A stretch of DNA of 64,000 nt. Source: Escherichia phage UPWr_E4. The stretch lies in the sequence record PP418987.1; one strand, written 5' to 3'. A model generated the notes under the pieces. It was given only the letters and a program-made list of their open reading frames with translations. It had not been told where the DNA came from and ran no database searches. How positions within the stretch are numbered: position 1 is the stretch's first letter; every line of letters starts with the position of its first letter. Below, in pieces: positions 22,937 through 32,514 of the stretch. Made by a program: the position numbers and the translations under genes.

Positions 22937-23280
22937 GTAATACGACAGCAGGTTTGCTATTAATTGTAATTGCATTAGGCGGAACTTCTTTAATTTTAAA
23001 AAATAAAATTGAAAGATTAGAAACGTCTGTTGTAGAAATTACAAAAACGGCCAATGAAAACGCCTTAGCATTAAATAATTTGCGAATTCAGTATAATTAT
23101 ATTGATGCGATGAATAATAAAAATCGTGAGGCGATTGCTGCTATTGAGCGTGAAAATGAAAAACTGCGCAAAGATGCAAAGAAGGCGGATGTGGTGGCTC
23201 GTAAGCCAGGATTGGTTGAAAAACAAATCAACAACTCCTTCAACAAGTTCGCAGAAGACATCCAGGACCTTTCTAAATGA
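22927..23280 (+). CDS. i-spanin (inner-membrane spanin, pseT.3-like)
   Basis: N-terminal transmembrane segment (TAGLLLIVIALGGTSLIL) followed by a coiled-coil-like region; paired with a downstream lipoprotein gene. Confidence 0.65.
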   Translation: MQLSNTTAGLLLIVIALGGTSLILKNKIERLETSVVEITKTANENALALNNLRIQYNYIDAMNNKNREAIAAIERENEKLRKDAKKADVVARKPGLVEKQINNSFNKFAEDIQDLSK

Positions 23281-23576
23281 TTAAACTATCAGCAGTAATA
23301 TTATCTATTGGTCTTCTAGTTGGTTGTTCGACAAAGCCTCTAGAAGTAAAGAAAGAAACAGTTCATCCTAATTGGCCTGTACAAATAAAGTCATATGACG
23401 AAGCTAAATTATCTTGGCAAGTTAAAGTTATTGATGGTAAAGCTTGGGTCGGTATGCCATTTGAAGATTCTCAGGAATTTCGTATTTGGCTTAATGATGT
23501 AAAACGATATGTACACGACCAGAAAACTATGATATGTTATTATCGTCAAGAGTTAAAAGAGGATAAATGTAAATGA
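23277..23576 (+). CDS. o-spanin (outer-membrane lipoprotein spanin, pseT.2-like)
   Basis: Lipoprotein signal peptide with lipobox LVGC (MIKLSAVILSIGLLVGC); start overlaps the i-spanin stop. Confidence 0.65.
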   Translation: MIKLSAVILSIGLLVGCSTKPLEVKKETVHPNWPVQIKSYDEAKLSWQVKVIDGKAWVGMPFEDSQEFRIWLNDVKRYVHDQKTMICYYRQELKEDKCK

Positions 23577-23799
23577 TTTCATGGCATCAATTTGAACATC
23601 TCAAAGGATTGATTTATGAATCCGAGATGGCTGCAATGATTTATGGACGTCAGATTCAGCGATTAGAATCTTTACCTCCAACTAATGATGTTTTATTAGC
23701 TCAATCACGTGCTAATCTTAAAAATGAATACCAAAATAAGTGGGGCAAAGCATCTAAAGACCTGCATGATTATATTCAATCATTGGTTGAGAAAAATAA

Positions 23800-23803
<4 letters not shown>
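23573..23803 (+). CDS. small protein, function unknown
   Basis: 76 aa ORF translationally coupled (ATGA overlap). Confidence 0.5.
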
Positions 23804-25021
<1,218 letters not shown>

Positions 25022-25022
<1 letters not shown>

Positions 25023-25219
25023 TGGCTTGGCACCATGAAACTTGGGCTATTGTTATTGTAAATAGCGGTTTAGTTGGTACTAGTAATGGGCAATTTTGTG
25101 TATTTACTAGTGAAAATAGAGCATGGGAGGAATGCCTTAAATTAAGAGAAAAGAATCCTGATGTTGAACTAGTAGTAAAGAAAACTAAACTGCCTTTACC
25201 ATGGAAAACGTATGAATAA
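25022..25219 (+). CDS. small protein, function unknown
   Basis: ATG overlapping the pseT stop (TAATG); the track start 24992 is an extension. Confidence 0.45.
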
Positions 25220-25412
25220 CCTAGAAAAGATTTATCGTCTTTGTGATAAAATTGAAAAAGAAAAGAAATATCTATTTTGTCTATGGCCTATTGTTGACGG
25301 AAGAGTAGGCCTAGATGTTCTTGATTATGAAACAGAAGACAAAGTAGATGGCGCAACTTTTGATAACGCTTTGGATGTTATTGATTGGCTTGAAGAAAAT
25401 TATGTGAGGTAA
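25212..25412 (+). CDS. small protein, function unknown
   Basis: 66 aa ORF. Confidence 0.45.
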   Translation: MNNLEKIYRLCDKIEKEKKYLFCLWPIVDGRVGLDVLDYETEDKVDGATFDNALDVIDWLEENYVR

Positions 25413-25414
25413 AT

Positions 25415-25690
25415 ATGTTTCCGACTTACTCTAAAATCGTAGAAGTAGTGTTTAGCCAAATTATCGCTAATAATATGTTTGAAAAACTTGATAACGCAGC
25501 TGAGCTTCGAATCCATGCTCAAGTGACTCATGTATTGAACACTTTGCTTCCAGACCAGGTGGATTCTGTTGCCATCACGTTGTATCCAGGTTCCGCGCAT
25601 ATCATTGTCGTATTCGGTCTTGATGCTGAGCTAGTCATCAAAGGCGATATTCGCTTTGAATCACAGACATCAGAATTCAAAGCAATTTAA
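25415..25690 (+). CDS. small protein, function unknown
   Basis: 91 aa ORF. Confidence 0.45.
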   Translation: MFPTYSKIVEVVFSQIIANNMFEKLDNAAELRIHAQVTHVLNTLLPDQVDSVAITLYPGSAHIIVVFGLDAELVIKGDIRFESQTSEFKAI

Positions 25691-25691
25691 A

Positions 25692-25721
25692 GTTTACTTT
25701 ACGGTAGAGTTGTGATATTAT
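25692..25721 (+). promoter_or_regulatory. early promoter (GTTTAC, 17-18 nt spacer, TATTAT)
   Basis: Motifs read directly upstream of the 25752 ORF. Confidence 0.4.
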
Positions 25722-25751
25722 AGCTCTACCAAAACAAACGAGGAAATTGAA

Positions 25752-26279
25752 ATGAGCGAATGGTTTGAAGAAGATAAGGTTTATCGCTTTAAAACTGGGT
25801 ATAAAGATATTTTTAATGAAACTTGCGGGGCTAATAAACGAATTGCCCAGTTTATTGGGGAAAATTCATTTAAAGTAAAAATAGATCCTGCGAAAAATGT
25901 TATTAGCATTAAACGCGAAATTGATGATTGTTGGTATAAAGCTGTTGATGTAATGGGTGAATCCTATAAAGTTAGCCCGTTATTTTCAATTGCTTATATG
26001 TTAGAATATTCTTTTTTCGAAGAAGTTCAAAAAGATGATTCTGTAAGTAAATTTGAAATTAAAACTGATAAAGAAATTAAGTGGAAAGTAGTAGGTATTA
26101 CTGGTTGCATGTTTTATATCTATGCTCAAACTGATACAAAGGAAGAAGCTAAAAAGAAAGCTCTAGAATATCTTGAAGAGTATGAAGAAGGCCCGGTAAT
26201 GATTACTCAAGATGCTGAATTAGTTTCTGTCAAATTAGTTAAAAACGTTGAAAGTAAGGAGCTGGGATCAACATGCTAA
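25752..26279 (+). CDS. protein of unknown function (175 aa)
   Basis: ORF with GAGGA RBS downstream of its own promoter. Confidence 0.55.
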   Translation: MSEWFEEDKVYRFKTGYKDIFNETCGANKRIAQFIGENSFKVKIDPAKNVISIKREIDDCWYKAVDVMGESYKVSPLFSIAYMLEYSFFEEVQKDDSVSKFEIKTDKEIKWKVVGITGCMFYIYAQTDTKEEAKKKALEYLEEYEEGPVMITQDAELVSVKLVKNVESKELGSTC

Positions 26280-26509
26280 GTGAAAAACCAATTACTGTTA
26301 AAGAATTCCAAGAAAAAGTTAAACTATTTGCGCAGGAATTAGTAAATAAGGTTTCTGAACGATTTCCCGAAACATCGGTTCGTGTTATTACCGAAACTCC
26401 TCGTTCAGTATTAGTAATTGTGAATCCAGGTGATGGCGATCAAATATCGCATCTTAAACTGGATTTTGATGGATTAGTTGAAGCACAAAGGGTGTATGGC
26501 GTACTATGA
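26273..26509 (+). CDS. small protein, function unknown
   Basis: 78 aa ORF. Confidence 0.5.
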   Translation: MLSEKPITVKEFQEKVKLFAQELVNKVSERFPETSVRVITETPRSVLVIVNPGDGDQISHLKLDFDGLVEAQRVYGVL

Positions 26510-26844
26510 TGAATTTAACTGATATAATTGATAATTGTCTTGAAAATGATACTGGCGATCATAGAGCGCTTGATTCTGAAACAGCACAGTTCATTAGAAT
26601 AACTTTAATGAATGATACTTTGGTGAATAGTATTCATCCTTCTGTGTATGATGCTATTATTGTGACGAAGTATCCAGTTGAGCTTCACAAAAAGATGGTT
26701 GGTGCAATTTTTATTGATAAGAAAAACCGCTTTAAAGATGGGCAGAATATAATTAGTTCTGTTATTAAAAGTATAACTAAACTTCGTCACGAAATTTATC
26801 GTGTTGAAACTGCTAAATCTGCTTATCTGGTGATTATGAAATGA
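26506..26844 (+). CDS. small protein, function unknown
   Basis: 112 aa ORF. Confidence 0.5.
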   Translation: MMNLTDIIDNCLENDTGDHRALDSETAQFIRITLMNDTLVNSIHPSVYDAIIVTKYPVELHKKMVGAIFIDKKNRFKDGQNIISSVIKSITKLRHEIYRVETAKSAYLVIMK

Positions 26845-27422
26845 AAGCGAGTACAGTACTTCAAATTGCATATTTAGTATCACAAGAATCAAAATGTTGC
26901 TCCTGGAAGGTAGGAGCAGTAATTGAAAAGAATGGACGTATTATTTCTACTGGGTATAATGGTTCACCTGCAGGGGGTGTGAACTGTTGTGATTATGCTG
27001 CTGAGCAAGGTTGGTTGCTGAATAAACCTAAACATACTATCATTCAAGGTCATAAGCCTGAATGTGTATCATTTGGTTCAACTGATCGTTTTGTCTTGGC
27101 GAAAGAACATCGTAGTGCTCACTCGGAATGGTCATCTAAAAATGAAATTCATGCTGAACTAAATGCGATTTTGTTTGCTGCACGAAATGGTTCTTCAATT
27201 GAAGGTGCTACTATGTATGTAACACTTTCTCCTTGTCCGGATTGCGCAAAAGCGATAGCTCAGTCTGGAATTAAAAAACTGGTTTATTGCGAAACATACG
27301 ATAAAAATAAACCTGGCTGGGATGATATTCTGCGAAATGCAGGTATTGAAGTGTTTAATGTTCCTAAGAAAAACTTGAATAAGTTAAACTGGGAAAATAT
27401 CAACGAATTCTGTGGTGAATAA
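26841..27422 (+). CDS. cd: dCMP deaminase
   Basis: 193 aa; cytidine/dCMP deaminase zinc motifs HAELNA and SPCPDCA. Confidence 0.9.
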   Translation: MKASTVLQIAYLVSQESKCCSWKVGAVIEKNGRIISTGYNGSPAGGVNCCDYAAEQGWLLNKPKHTIIQGHKPECVSFGSTDRFVLAKEHRSAHSEWSSKNEIHAELNAILFAARNGSSIEGATMYVTLSPCPDCAKAIAQSGIKKLVYCETYDKNKPGWDDILRNAGIEVFNVPKKNLNKLNWENINEFCGE

Positions 27423-27658
27423 TGAAATTTCGTTTGGTACAGCTCACAGCAATTAGTTCTTATTCTAATGAGAATATTTCATTTGCTGTAGAGTATAAGA
27501 AATATTTTTTCTCTAAATGGAAGCAGTATTATAAGTCAGAATGGGTTTGTATTGATAGACCATATAGTTGGAAATCTGATTTAGAAAAATGCCAAAAATT
27601 ACTTTCCACTCTTAAAGAACGTGGAACAACTCATATTAAAACTGTAATAGGTAAATAA
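27422..27658 (+). CDS. small protein (31.2-like), function unknown
   Basis: 78 aa ORF. Confidence 0.5.
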   Translation: MKFRLVQLTAISSYSNENISFAVEYKKYFFSKWKQYYKSEWVCIDRPYSWKSDLEKCQKLLSTLKERGTTHIKTVIGK

Positions 27659-27967
27659 ATGAAACTGACGACTGAACAAAAAGTAGCAATTCGTGAAATT
27701 TTGAAAACTAAATTGTCCATGGGTGTTTCAAACGTAGTTTTTGAAAAGTCTGACGGTACTATTCGTGTTATGAAAGGTACTCGCGACGCGGACTTTATGC
27801 CAACCATGCAAACTGGCAAATTGACTGAATCTACTCGGAAAGAATCTACTGACATGATTCCGGTATTTGATGTTGAGCTTGGTGCATGGCGAGGTTTTTC
27901 TATTGACAAATTGATTTCCGTTAATGGTATGAAAGTTGAGCATTTGCTCCAATTTATTGGTAAATAA
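27659..27967 (+). CDS. small protein (31.1-like), function unknown
   Basis: 102 aa ORF. Confidence 0.55.
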   Translation: MKLTTEQKVAIREILKTKLSMGVSNVVFEKSDGTIRVMKGTRDADFMPTMQTGKLTESTRKESTDMIPVFDVELGAWRGFSIDKLISVNGMKVEHLLQFIGK

Positions 27968-27968
27968 A

Positions 27969-27993
27969 TGCTTTAAGAATTATTTGTTATTAT
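27969..27993 (+). promoter_or_regulatory. MotA-dependent middle promoter candidate for gene 31 (TGCTTTA box, 12 nt, TATTAT)
   Basis: aaatgctttaag...tattat read directly. Confidence 0.4.
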
Positions 27994-28023
27994 TAATTCA
28001 TCTGTTAACAAAAAGGAAAAACG

Positions 28024-28359
28024 ATGTCTGAAGTACAACAGCTACCAATTCGTGCTGTCGGTGAATATGTTATTTTAGTTTCTGAACCTGCACAAGCCGG
28101 TGATGAAGAAGTTACAGAATCAGGACTTATTATCGGTAAACGTGTTCAAGGTGAAGTTCCTGAACTGTGTGTAGTTCACTCTGTCGGTCCTGATGTTCCT
28201 GAAGGTTTCTGCGAAGTTGGCGATTTGACTTCTCTTCCAGTTGGTCAAATTCGAAATGTTCCGCATCCTTTTGTAGCTCTGGGTCTTAAGCAGCCAAAAG
28301 AAATTAAACAAAAATTCGTTACCTGTCACTATAAAGCTATTCCGTGTCTTTATAAGTGA
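28024..28359 (+). CDS. 31: co-chaperonin (GroES analogue) gp31
   Basis: 111 aa; [30 protein letters not shown]... recognised as T4 gp31. Confidence 0.9.
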
Positions 28360-28367
28360 TATAAATA
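28360..28367 (+). promoter_or_regulatory. late promoter candidate (TATAAATA) downstream of gene 31
   Basis: Exact TATAAATA on the plus strand. Confidence 0.4.
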
Positions 28368-28506
28368 ATAATATGAATTGGGTGTCGGAATAATAAGTTA
28401 ACCGAACAATTCTATGTGGTAGTCTACAACTGAGAGATCTGTCGAAAGAAGATGAAATTCAGAAGAACGTGACTACCGAGTTTTAATCTCTAACGAGAAT
28501 TTTTAA

Positions 28507-28755
28507 ATGATTAAACAATTACAACACGCTCTTGAACTGCAACGAAACGCATGGAATAATGGTCACGAAAACTATGGCGCATCTATTGATGTTGAAGCCG
28601 AAGCTCTTGAAATCCTGCGTTATTTCAAACATCTGAATCCTGCTCAAACTGCATTAGCTGCTGAGCTTCAGGAAAAAGATGAACTTAAATATGCTAAGCC
28701 TCTGGCTTCTGCTGCACGAAAAGCAGTTCGTCACTTTGTGGTAACACTGAAGTAA
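28507..28755 (+). CDS. rIII: lysis inhibition accessory protein rIII
   Basis: 82 aa; MIKQLQHALELQRNAWNNGHENYGA...; size as T4 rIII. Confidence 0.85.
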   Translation: MIKQLQHALELQRNAWNNGHENYGASIDVEAEALEILRYFKHLNPAQTALAAELQEKDELKYAKPLASAARKAVRHFVVTLK

Positions 28756-29153
28756 TTTATTGGAGAGTCACTGCCTTAGTGTGAAGTTAAAACGAGGAGC
28801 CGTCGAACTGTCTGATTAATGATTTGCGAATCATTATAGTTTTAAGACCCCGGCAGTTTTACGGTGTACCTCTTGAATGTTATTCTTATAGCGGCAAGTG
28901 CATGCTACCCCGAGGTGATGGCCAATCGGGAGTACGCCTCAAGGCCTATATATCCATCAGTATATATCTTATCCTCGAGAAATCGAACCCGGAACCTTTA
29001 AGCTAACGGTGTGCAACAGATAAGAGCTATAAGGTATGATGACGGGTTTATGGTTATCCTGGTCGTTAAATATCAAAAAACCTATGTTCCCCTTGAGGGC
29101 TTGCGCAGGCAATGCCAATAAGTCCTGCATTTTCATTTAAAAGAGAATTTATA

Positions 29154-29330
29154 ATGGCAAAACAAGCTAAAGCAAAGAAAGCAGTTGAAAAGAAAGTTGG
29201 TGATTCTAAACGCGCTGGCTACAAGCGTGGGTCGAACTCTCGTATCAATCAAACTGTTGAGAAGATCATGCGCCGAGCACGTGCGGTTCTTCGAGATGAT
29301 GCTTCTCGTTTTGGTAAGCAGAAAGCATAA
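29154..29330 (+). CDS. small lysine/arginine-rich protein (30.9-like), function unknown
   Basis: MAKQAKAKKAVEKKVGDSKRAGYKRG...; ATG at 29154 (the track start 29112 is an extension); followed by a strong terminator. Confidence 0.5.
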   Translation: MAKQAKAKKAVEKKVGDSKRAGYKRGSNSRINQTVEKIMRRARAVLRDDASRFGKQKA

Positions 29331-29335
29331 GTTGA

Positions 29336-29365
29336 GGACTCCTTCGGGAGTCCTTTTTTATTTTC
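29336..29365 (+). terminator. rho-independent terminator
   Basis: ggactcc-ttcg-ggagtcc hairpin followed by ttttttatttt. Confidence 0.7.
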
Positions 29366-29383
29366 CAAAGATTGCATAAAGTT

Positions 29384-29416
29384 GTTTACAGTATGGTTCC
29401 TTTGTGATAGTATTAT
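29384..29416 (+). promoter_or_regulatory. early promoter (GTTTACA, 17 nt spacer, TAGTAT)
   Basis: Motifs read directly. Confidence 0.5.
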
Positions 29417-29440
29417 CTTACACAAACAAAGGAGAATAAA

Positions 29441-29773
29441 ATGAAAACGATTAATCTGAACGCTGCAGTTAAAACTAAATGCTTCAATGGTAAATATGAT
29501 GAAACTATGTGGTTCTTAATGGCAGTTGAAGGTGATATTATTGAAGTAGAAACAACAGAAGGTATGGGAACAGATTTCACCTTTACAATTCAAGTTCATA
29601 ATTTCTTTACTGGTTGGATTTATGAATTGAATACAGTAATCGTTGGAAAAATTGAACAAAATGAATTAGGTGAATGGTATTATGTTACAGCTCGCCAACG
29701 TGCCGAACGCTTAATTGAGAAGATGAAAAAAGTTGGTAAACTTGACATGCAGCATTGGAAAGTAGTAAAATAA
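29441..29773 (+). CDS. small protein (30.8-like), function unknown
   Basis: 110 aa ORF with GGAGA RBS. Confidence 0.55.
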   Translation: MKTINLNAAVKTKCFNGKYDETMWFLMAVEGDIIEVETTEGMGTDFTFTIQVHNFFTGWIYELNTVIVGKIEQNELGEWYYVTARQRAERLIEKMKKVGKLDMQHWKVVK

Positions 29774-29775
29774 TT

Positions 29776-29804
29776 GTTTACTTTGGTACAGGATATGATA
29801 TTAT
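29776..29804 (+). promoter_or_regulatory. early promoter (GTTTAC, 17 nt spacer, TATTAT) embedded in an inverted repeat
   Basis: Motifs read directly; ggtacagg ... cctgtacc flank the -10 element. Confidence 0.45.
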
Positions 29805-29828
29805 ATACCTGTACCGCAATTAAACATC

Positions 29829-30215
29829 TTGGAGAATAAAATGAACTACATCAACTTTGAACGTAAATATGTTTCTAATGTTTCTAACGGTATTACAGGT
29901 TCTATTGATACTATTTGCCTTTGGAAACATCAAAATGGATCAGTATGCGAAATTGAGCAGTATATGACTCCTAATTACGTTTATATGCGATTTGAAAACG
30001 GTATCACGGTTTCAATCACGATGGAAGGTTCCAACTTTAAAATCGCTCTGGATGATGATTTCCGTGAACGCGATTTAGGGACTCATCCTTGCTGGAATGG
30101 CGTTAATCGCAAGCTTTTGGTTAAAACTTGGATTCGTCATATTCTGAGTAACAGAGCTAAACCTGAGCATCTTGAAGCAATCTTTGATGTAGTTCTTAAC
30201 GAATTTGATATTTAA
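29829..30215 (+). CDS. small protein (30.7-like), function unknown
   Basis: 128 aa ORF. Confidence 0.55.
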   Translation: MENKMNYINFERKYVSNVSNGITGSIDTICLWKHQNGSVCEIEQYMTPNYVYMRFENGITVSITMEGSNFKIALDDDFRERDLGTHPCWNGVNRKLLVKTWIRHILSNRAKPEHLEAIFDVVLNEFDI

Positions 30216-30255
30216 AATAAATGAGGGGCTTTGGCCCCTTACTGAGGAAAATGTT

Positions 30256-30543
30256 ATGTTTATGACTACTTATTTTGATACCCGTAAAAACTTCTGCGAA
30301 GTAGTTTTCTCAAAGGCGCCTAAAGACCTTCCTGCACATTTGCAACCTACTAGCGAATCGATTAAAAACTACGTTAATGTAGTCTGCCCTTTAGAGTTTC
30401 GTACTGTAAATGGGCGCGATACTTTAGCTATCACTAAACTCAATCGCGAAATTGACATTGATCCCTCAATTGCGCGTGAAATTAATAGTTCTGATATTAA
30501 TGGCGGTAATGTTAAATCGCACGGTTTTCAGATGAGGTTTTAA
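30256..30543 (+). CDS. small protein (30.6-like), function unknown
   Basis: ATG at 30256 with GAGGA RBS; the track start 30205 is a TTG extension running through a hairpin. Confidence 0.5.
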   Translation: MFMTTYFDTRKNFCEVVFSKAPKDLPAHLQPTSESIKNYVNVVCPLEFRTVNGRDTLAITKLNREIDIDPSIAREINSSDINGGNVKSHGFQMRF

Positions 30544-30740
30544 TGAAATTCTTTTTAGGTCAAACTGTTGAATTAAAGGGAGTTGGTATACCTGGATTAA
30601 TTTCTAAGGTTCTACCTCCGTTTAAATGGAGTGGTATTCAAATAAAAGAGGCTTATATTGTTTTCTGGGTAGATGGAAATGAAGACCTTCGTATGGGTGA
30701 TGAATTATCTCCTATCTACGGATTAAAGGAAATAGTATGA
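30543..30740 (+). CDS. small protein, function unknown
   Basis: 65 aa ORF. Confidence 0.45.
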   Translation: MKFFLGQTVELKGVGIPGLISKVLPPFKWSGIQIKEAYIVFWVDGNEDLRMGDELSPIYGLKEIV

Positions 30741-30943
30741 ATATAATTAATAAGATTTTTGGAATTCAGTACATTAAGGTCACATATAAAGTAACAGATA
30801 AAAATCCGTATACTGATGAACATGAAGAACCGCAAGTTGAGTCTATTATATTAGAAAAGGACCCTAACTGGCCAGTTGAATTTCGTCTTCCTTGCTATGG
30901 TCATTGGGCTGATGTTGAAATTATAAGCATTGAAAATGTCTGA
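30737..30943 (+). CDS. small protein, function unknown
   Basis: 68 aa ORF. Confidence 0.45.
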   Translation: MNIINKIFGIQYIKVTYKVTDKNPYTDEHEEPQVESIILEKDPNWPVEFRLPCYGHWADVEIISIENV

Positions 30944-31394
30944 GTTAGAGATTAGAAGCAATTTTAGGTGGCCATCATGTGCATTAAGTAATTTCGCCCA
31001 TTGGCCTTTCGTTATGGATGGCATTCAATTTGGAGGTCTTGAAGGATTCCTCCAAGGATGCAAAGTGAAAAATGTTGAACAACAACGTCGTATATTTGGG
31101 TTATCCGGGCTTGCCGCCCAACAAGCTGGAAGGTCTTATGCAAGAGCTCAGGACCGTGGGACCCTCTTCTGGCTTGGAGTTCCATTTTCAAGATACTCCC
31201 CGGCGTGGAAAGAATTATACACAAATGCATATTTTGAAGCAGCGATCCAAAACAAGGGCTTCCGTGATGCATTACAAGCCTCGAAAGGAAAAGTTTTGAA
31301 GCACAGCATGGCTAGTGGTCTAACAAAAGATGATACAATACTAACCGAAGCTGAATTTATTGATGTGTTAAACCTATTAAGAGACTCTCTATGA
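30930..31394 (+). CDS. protein of unknown function (30.3-like)
   Basis: 154 aa ORF. Confidence 0.55.
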   Translation: MKMSELEIRSNFRWPSCALSNFAHWPFVMDGIQFGGLEGFLQGCKVKNVEQQRRIFGLSGLAAQQAGRSYARAQDRGTLFWLGVPFSRYSPAWKELYTNAYFEAAIQNKGFRDALQASKGKVLKHSMASGLTKDDTILTEAEFIDVLNLLRDSL

Positions 31395-32245
31395 AGCCTA
31401 CTATTTTAACTGATATTGATGGAGTATGTTTAAGCTGGCAATCAGGCCTTCCTTATTTTGCTCAGAAATATAATCTTCCGTTAGAACATATTTTAAAAAT
31501 GATCCAGGATGAGAAATTTATTTCTCCTGGTAAACTATTTAATTGCGATGAAGAACTTGGCGTTAAGCTAATTGAAAAATACAATCGTTCGGATTTTATT
31601 CGATACTTGTCTCCATATAAAGATGCCCTGTGTGTAATTAACAAATTAAAAGAAGATTATAATTTTGTAGCTGTTACAGCATTGGGTGATTCTATTGACG
31701 CTCTGCTGAATCGTCAATTTAATTTGAATGCTCTTTTTCCTGGTGCCTTCTCAGAAGTACTGATGTGTGGTCATGATTCTTCAAAAGAAGAGTTGTTCAA
31801 AAAGGCAAAAGAAAAATATAACGTAATTTGTTATATTGACGATCTCGCTCACCACTGCGATCACGCAAGTGAAATATTAAATGTTCCTGTTTATTGGATG
31901 GCTCGAGGGGAACGTGACAGTATTCCAAAAACTGCACAGCGAGTTTATACATGGAATGATGTAGAGAATAAGCTTTTTCCATCGAAGGAAAATAAAGAAA
32001 GTTTTGATAGTGAAAAAGTTATAAAAGATGTAATTGAGAAGATGATTAAAAACGATTCTTTTCGTTGGAACACTACTTGGAGAACTCCTGGATTTAATCC
32101 TTATAATCCATATCATCCATATTATACACACTCACATCAGATGCATCCATTCCATACGTGGAGTTATATTAAGCCTGGCGACGCAGGGTATTTTAATAGA
32201 CTTACTAGTGGTAGTGGTGATAATATTTTCCAAGGAGCATTCTAA
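31391..32245 (+). CDS. putative HAD-superfamily hydrolase (30.2-like)
   Basis: N-terminal ILTDIDGV resembles HAD motif I (DxDG); 284 aa. Confidence 0.55.
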   Translation: MKPTILTDIDGVCLSWQSGLPYFAQKYNLPLEHILKMIQDEKFISPGKLFNCDEELGVKLIEKYNRSDFIRYLSPYKDALCVINKLKEDYNFVAVTALGDSIDALLNRQFNLNALFPGAFSEVLMCGHDSSKEELFKKAKEKYNVICYIDDLAHHCDHASEILNVPVYWMARGERDSIPKTAQRVYTWNDVENKLFPSKENKESFDSEKVIKDVIEKMIKNDSFRWNTTWRTPGFNPYNPYHPYYTHSHQMHPFHTWSYIKPGDAGYFNRLTSGSGDNIFQGAF

Positions 32246-32514
32246 TGTTTGTTGTTCACACTATTTATGAAAATGAAGGTAATACTACACGTGATTACGG
32301 TCACGTAAATCAATTTTTTAGATGCAATCCAGAATTCCGAGCTCAAAAAGACGAACGAATTTTTAAAAAATGTGTAGAGCAAGGTTTCATTTACGTCAAG
32401 CACTGGATGCAAGGAAATAAAGTTAGAACCACGTACCACAGGTCTTTGACTGAGCTTAATGATGAATTGATTTATAATAGAGCTGTAAACCAAACTCTAA
32501 AGGATGAACAATGA
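32245..32514 (+). CDS. small protein (30.1-like), function unknown
   Basis: 89 aa ORF. Confidence 0.5.
   Translation: MFVVHTIYENEGNTTRDYGHVNQFFRCNPEFRAQKDERIFKKCVEQGFIYVKHWMQGNKVRTTYHRSLTELNDELIYNRAVNQTLKDEQ

Noticed and set aside
28960-29000. tRNA-like TTCGA motif (minus strand GGGTTCGATT) suggesting a tRNA gene
   Set aside because: No pairable T-stem or acceptor stem could be built around it by hand; not called as a tRNA. A tRNA scan would settle it.
28824-29006. 60 aa ORF in the rIII-30.9 spacer
   Set aside because: Starts at TTG, has no Shine-Dalgarno, and reads as unstructured sequence; the region is reported as a non-coding spacer instead.
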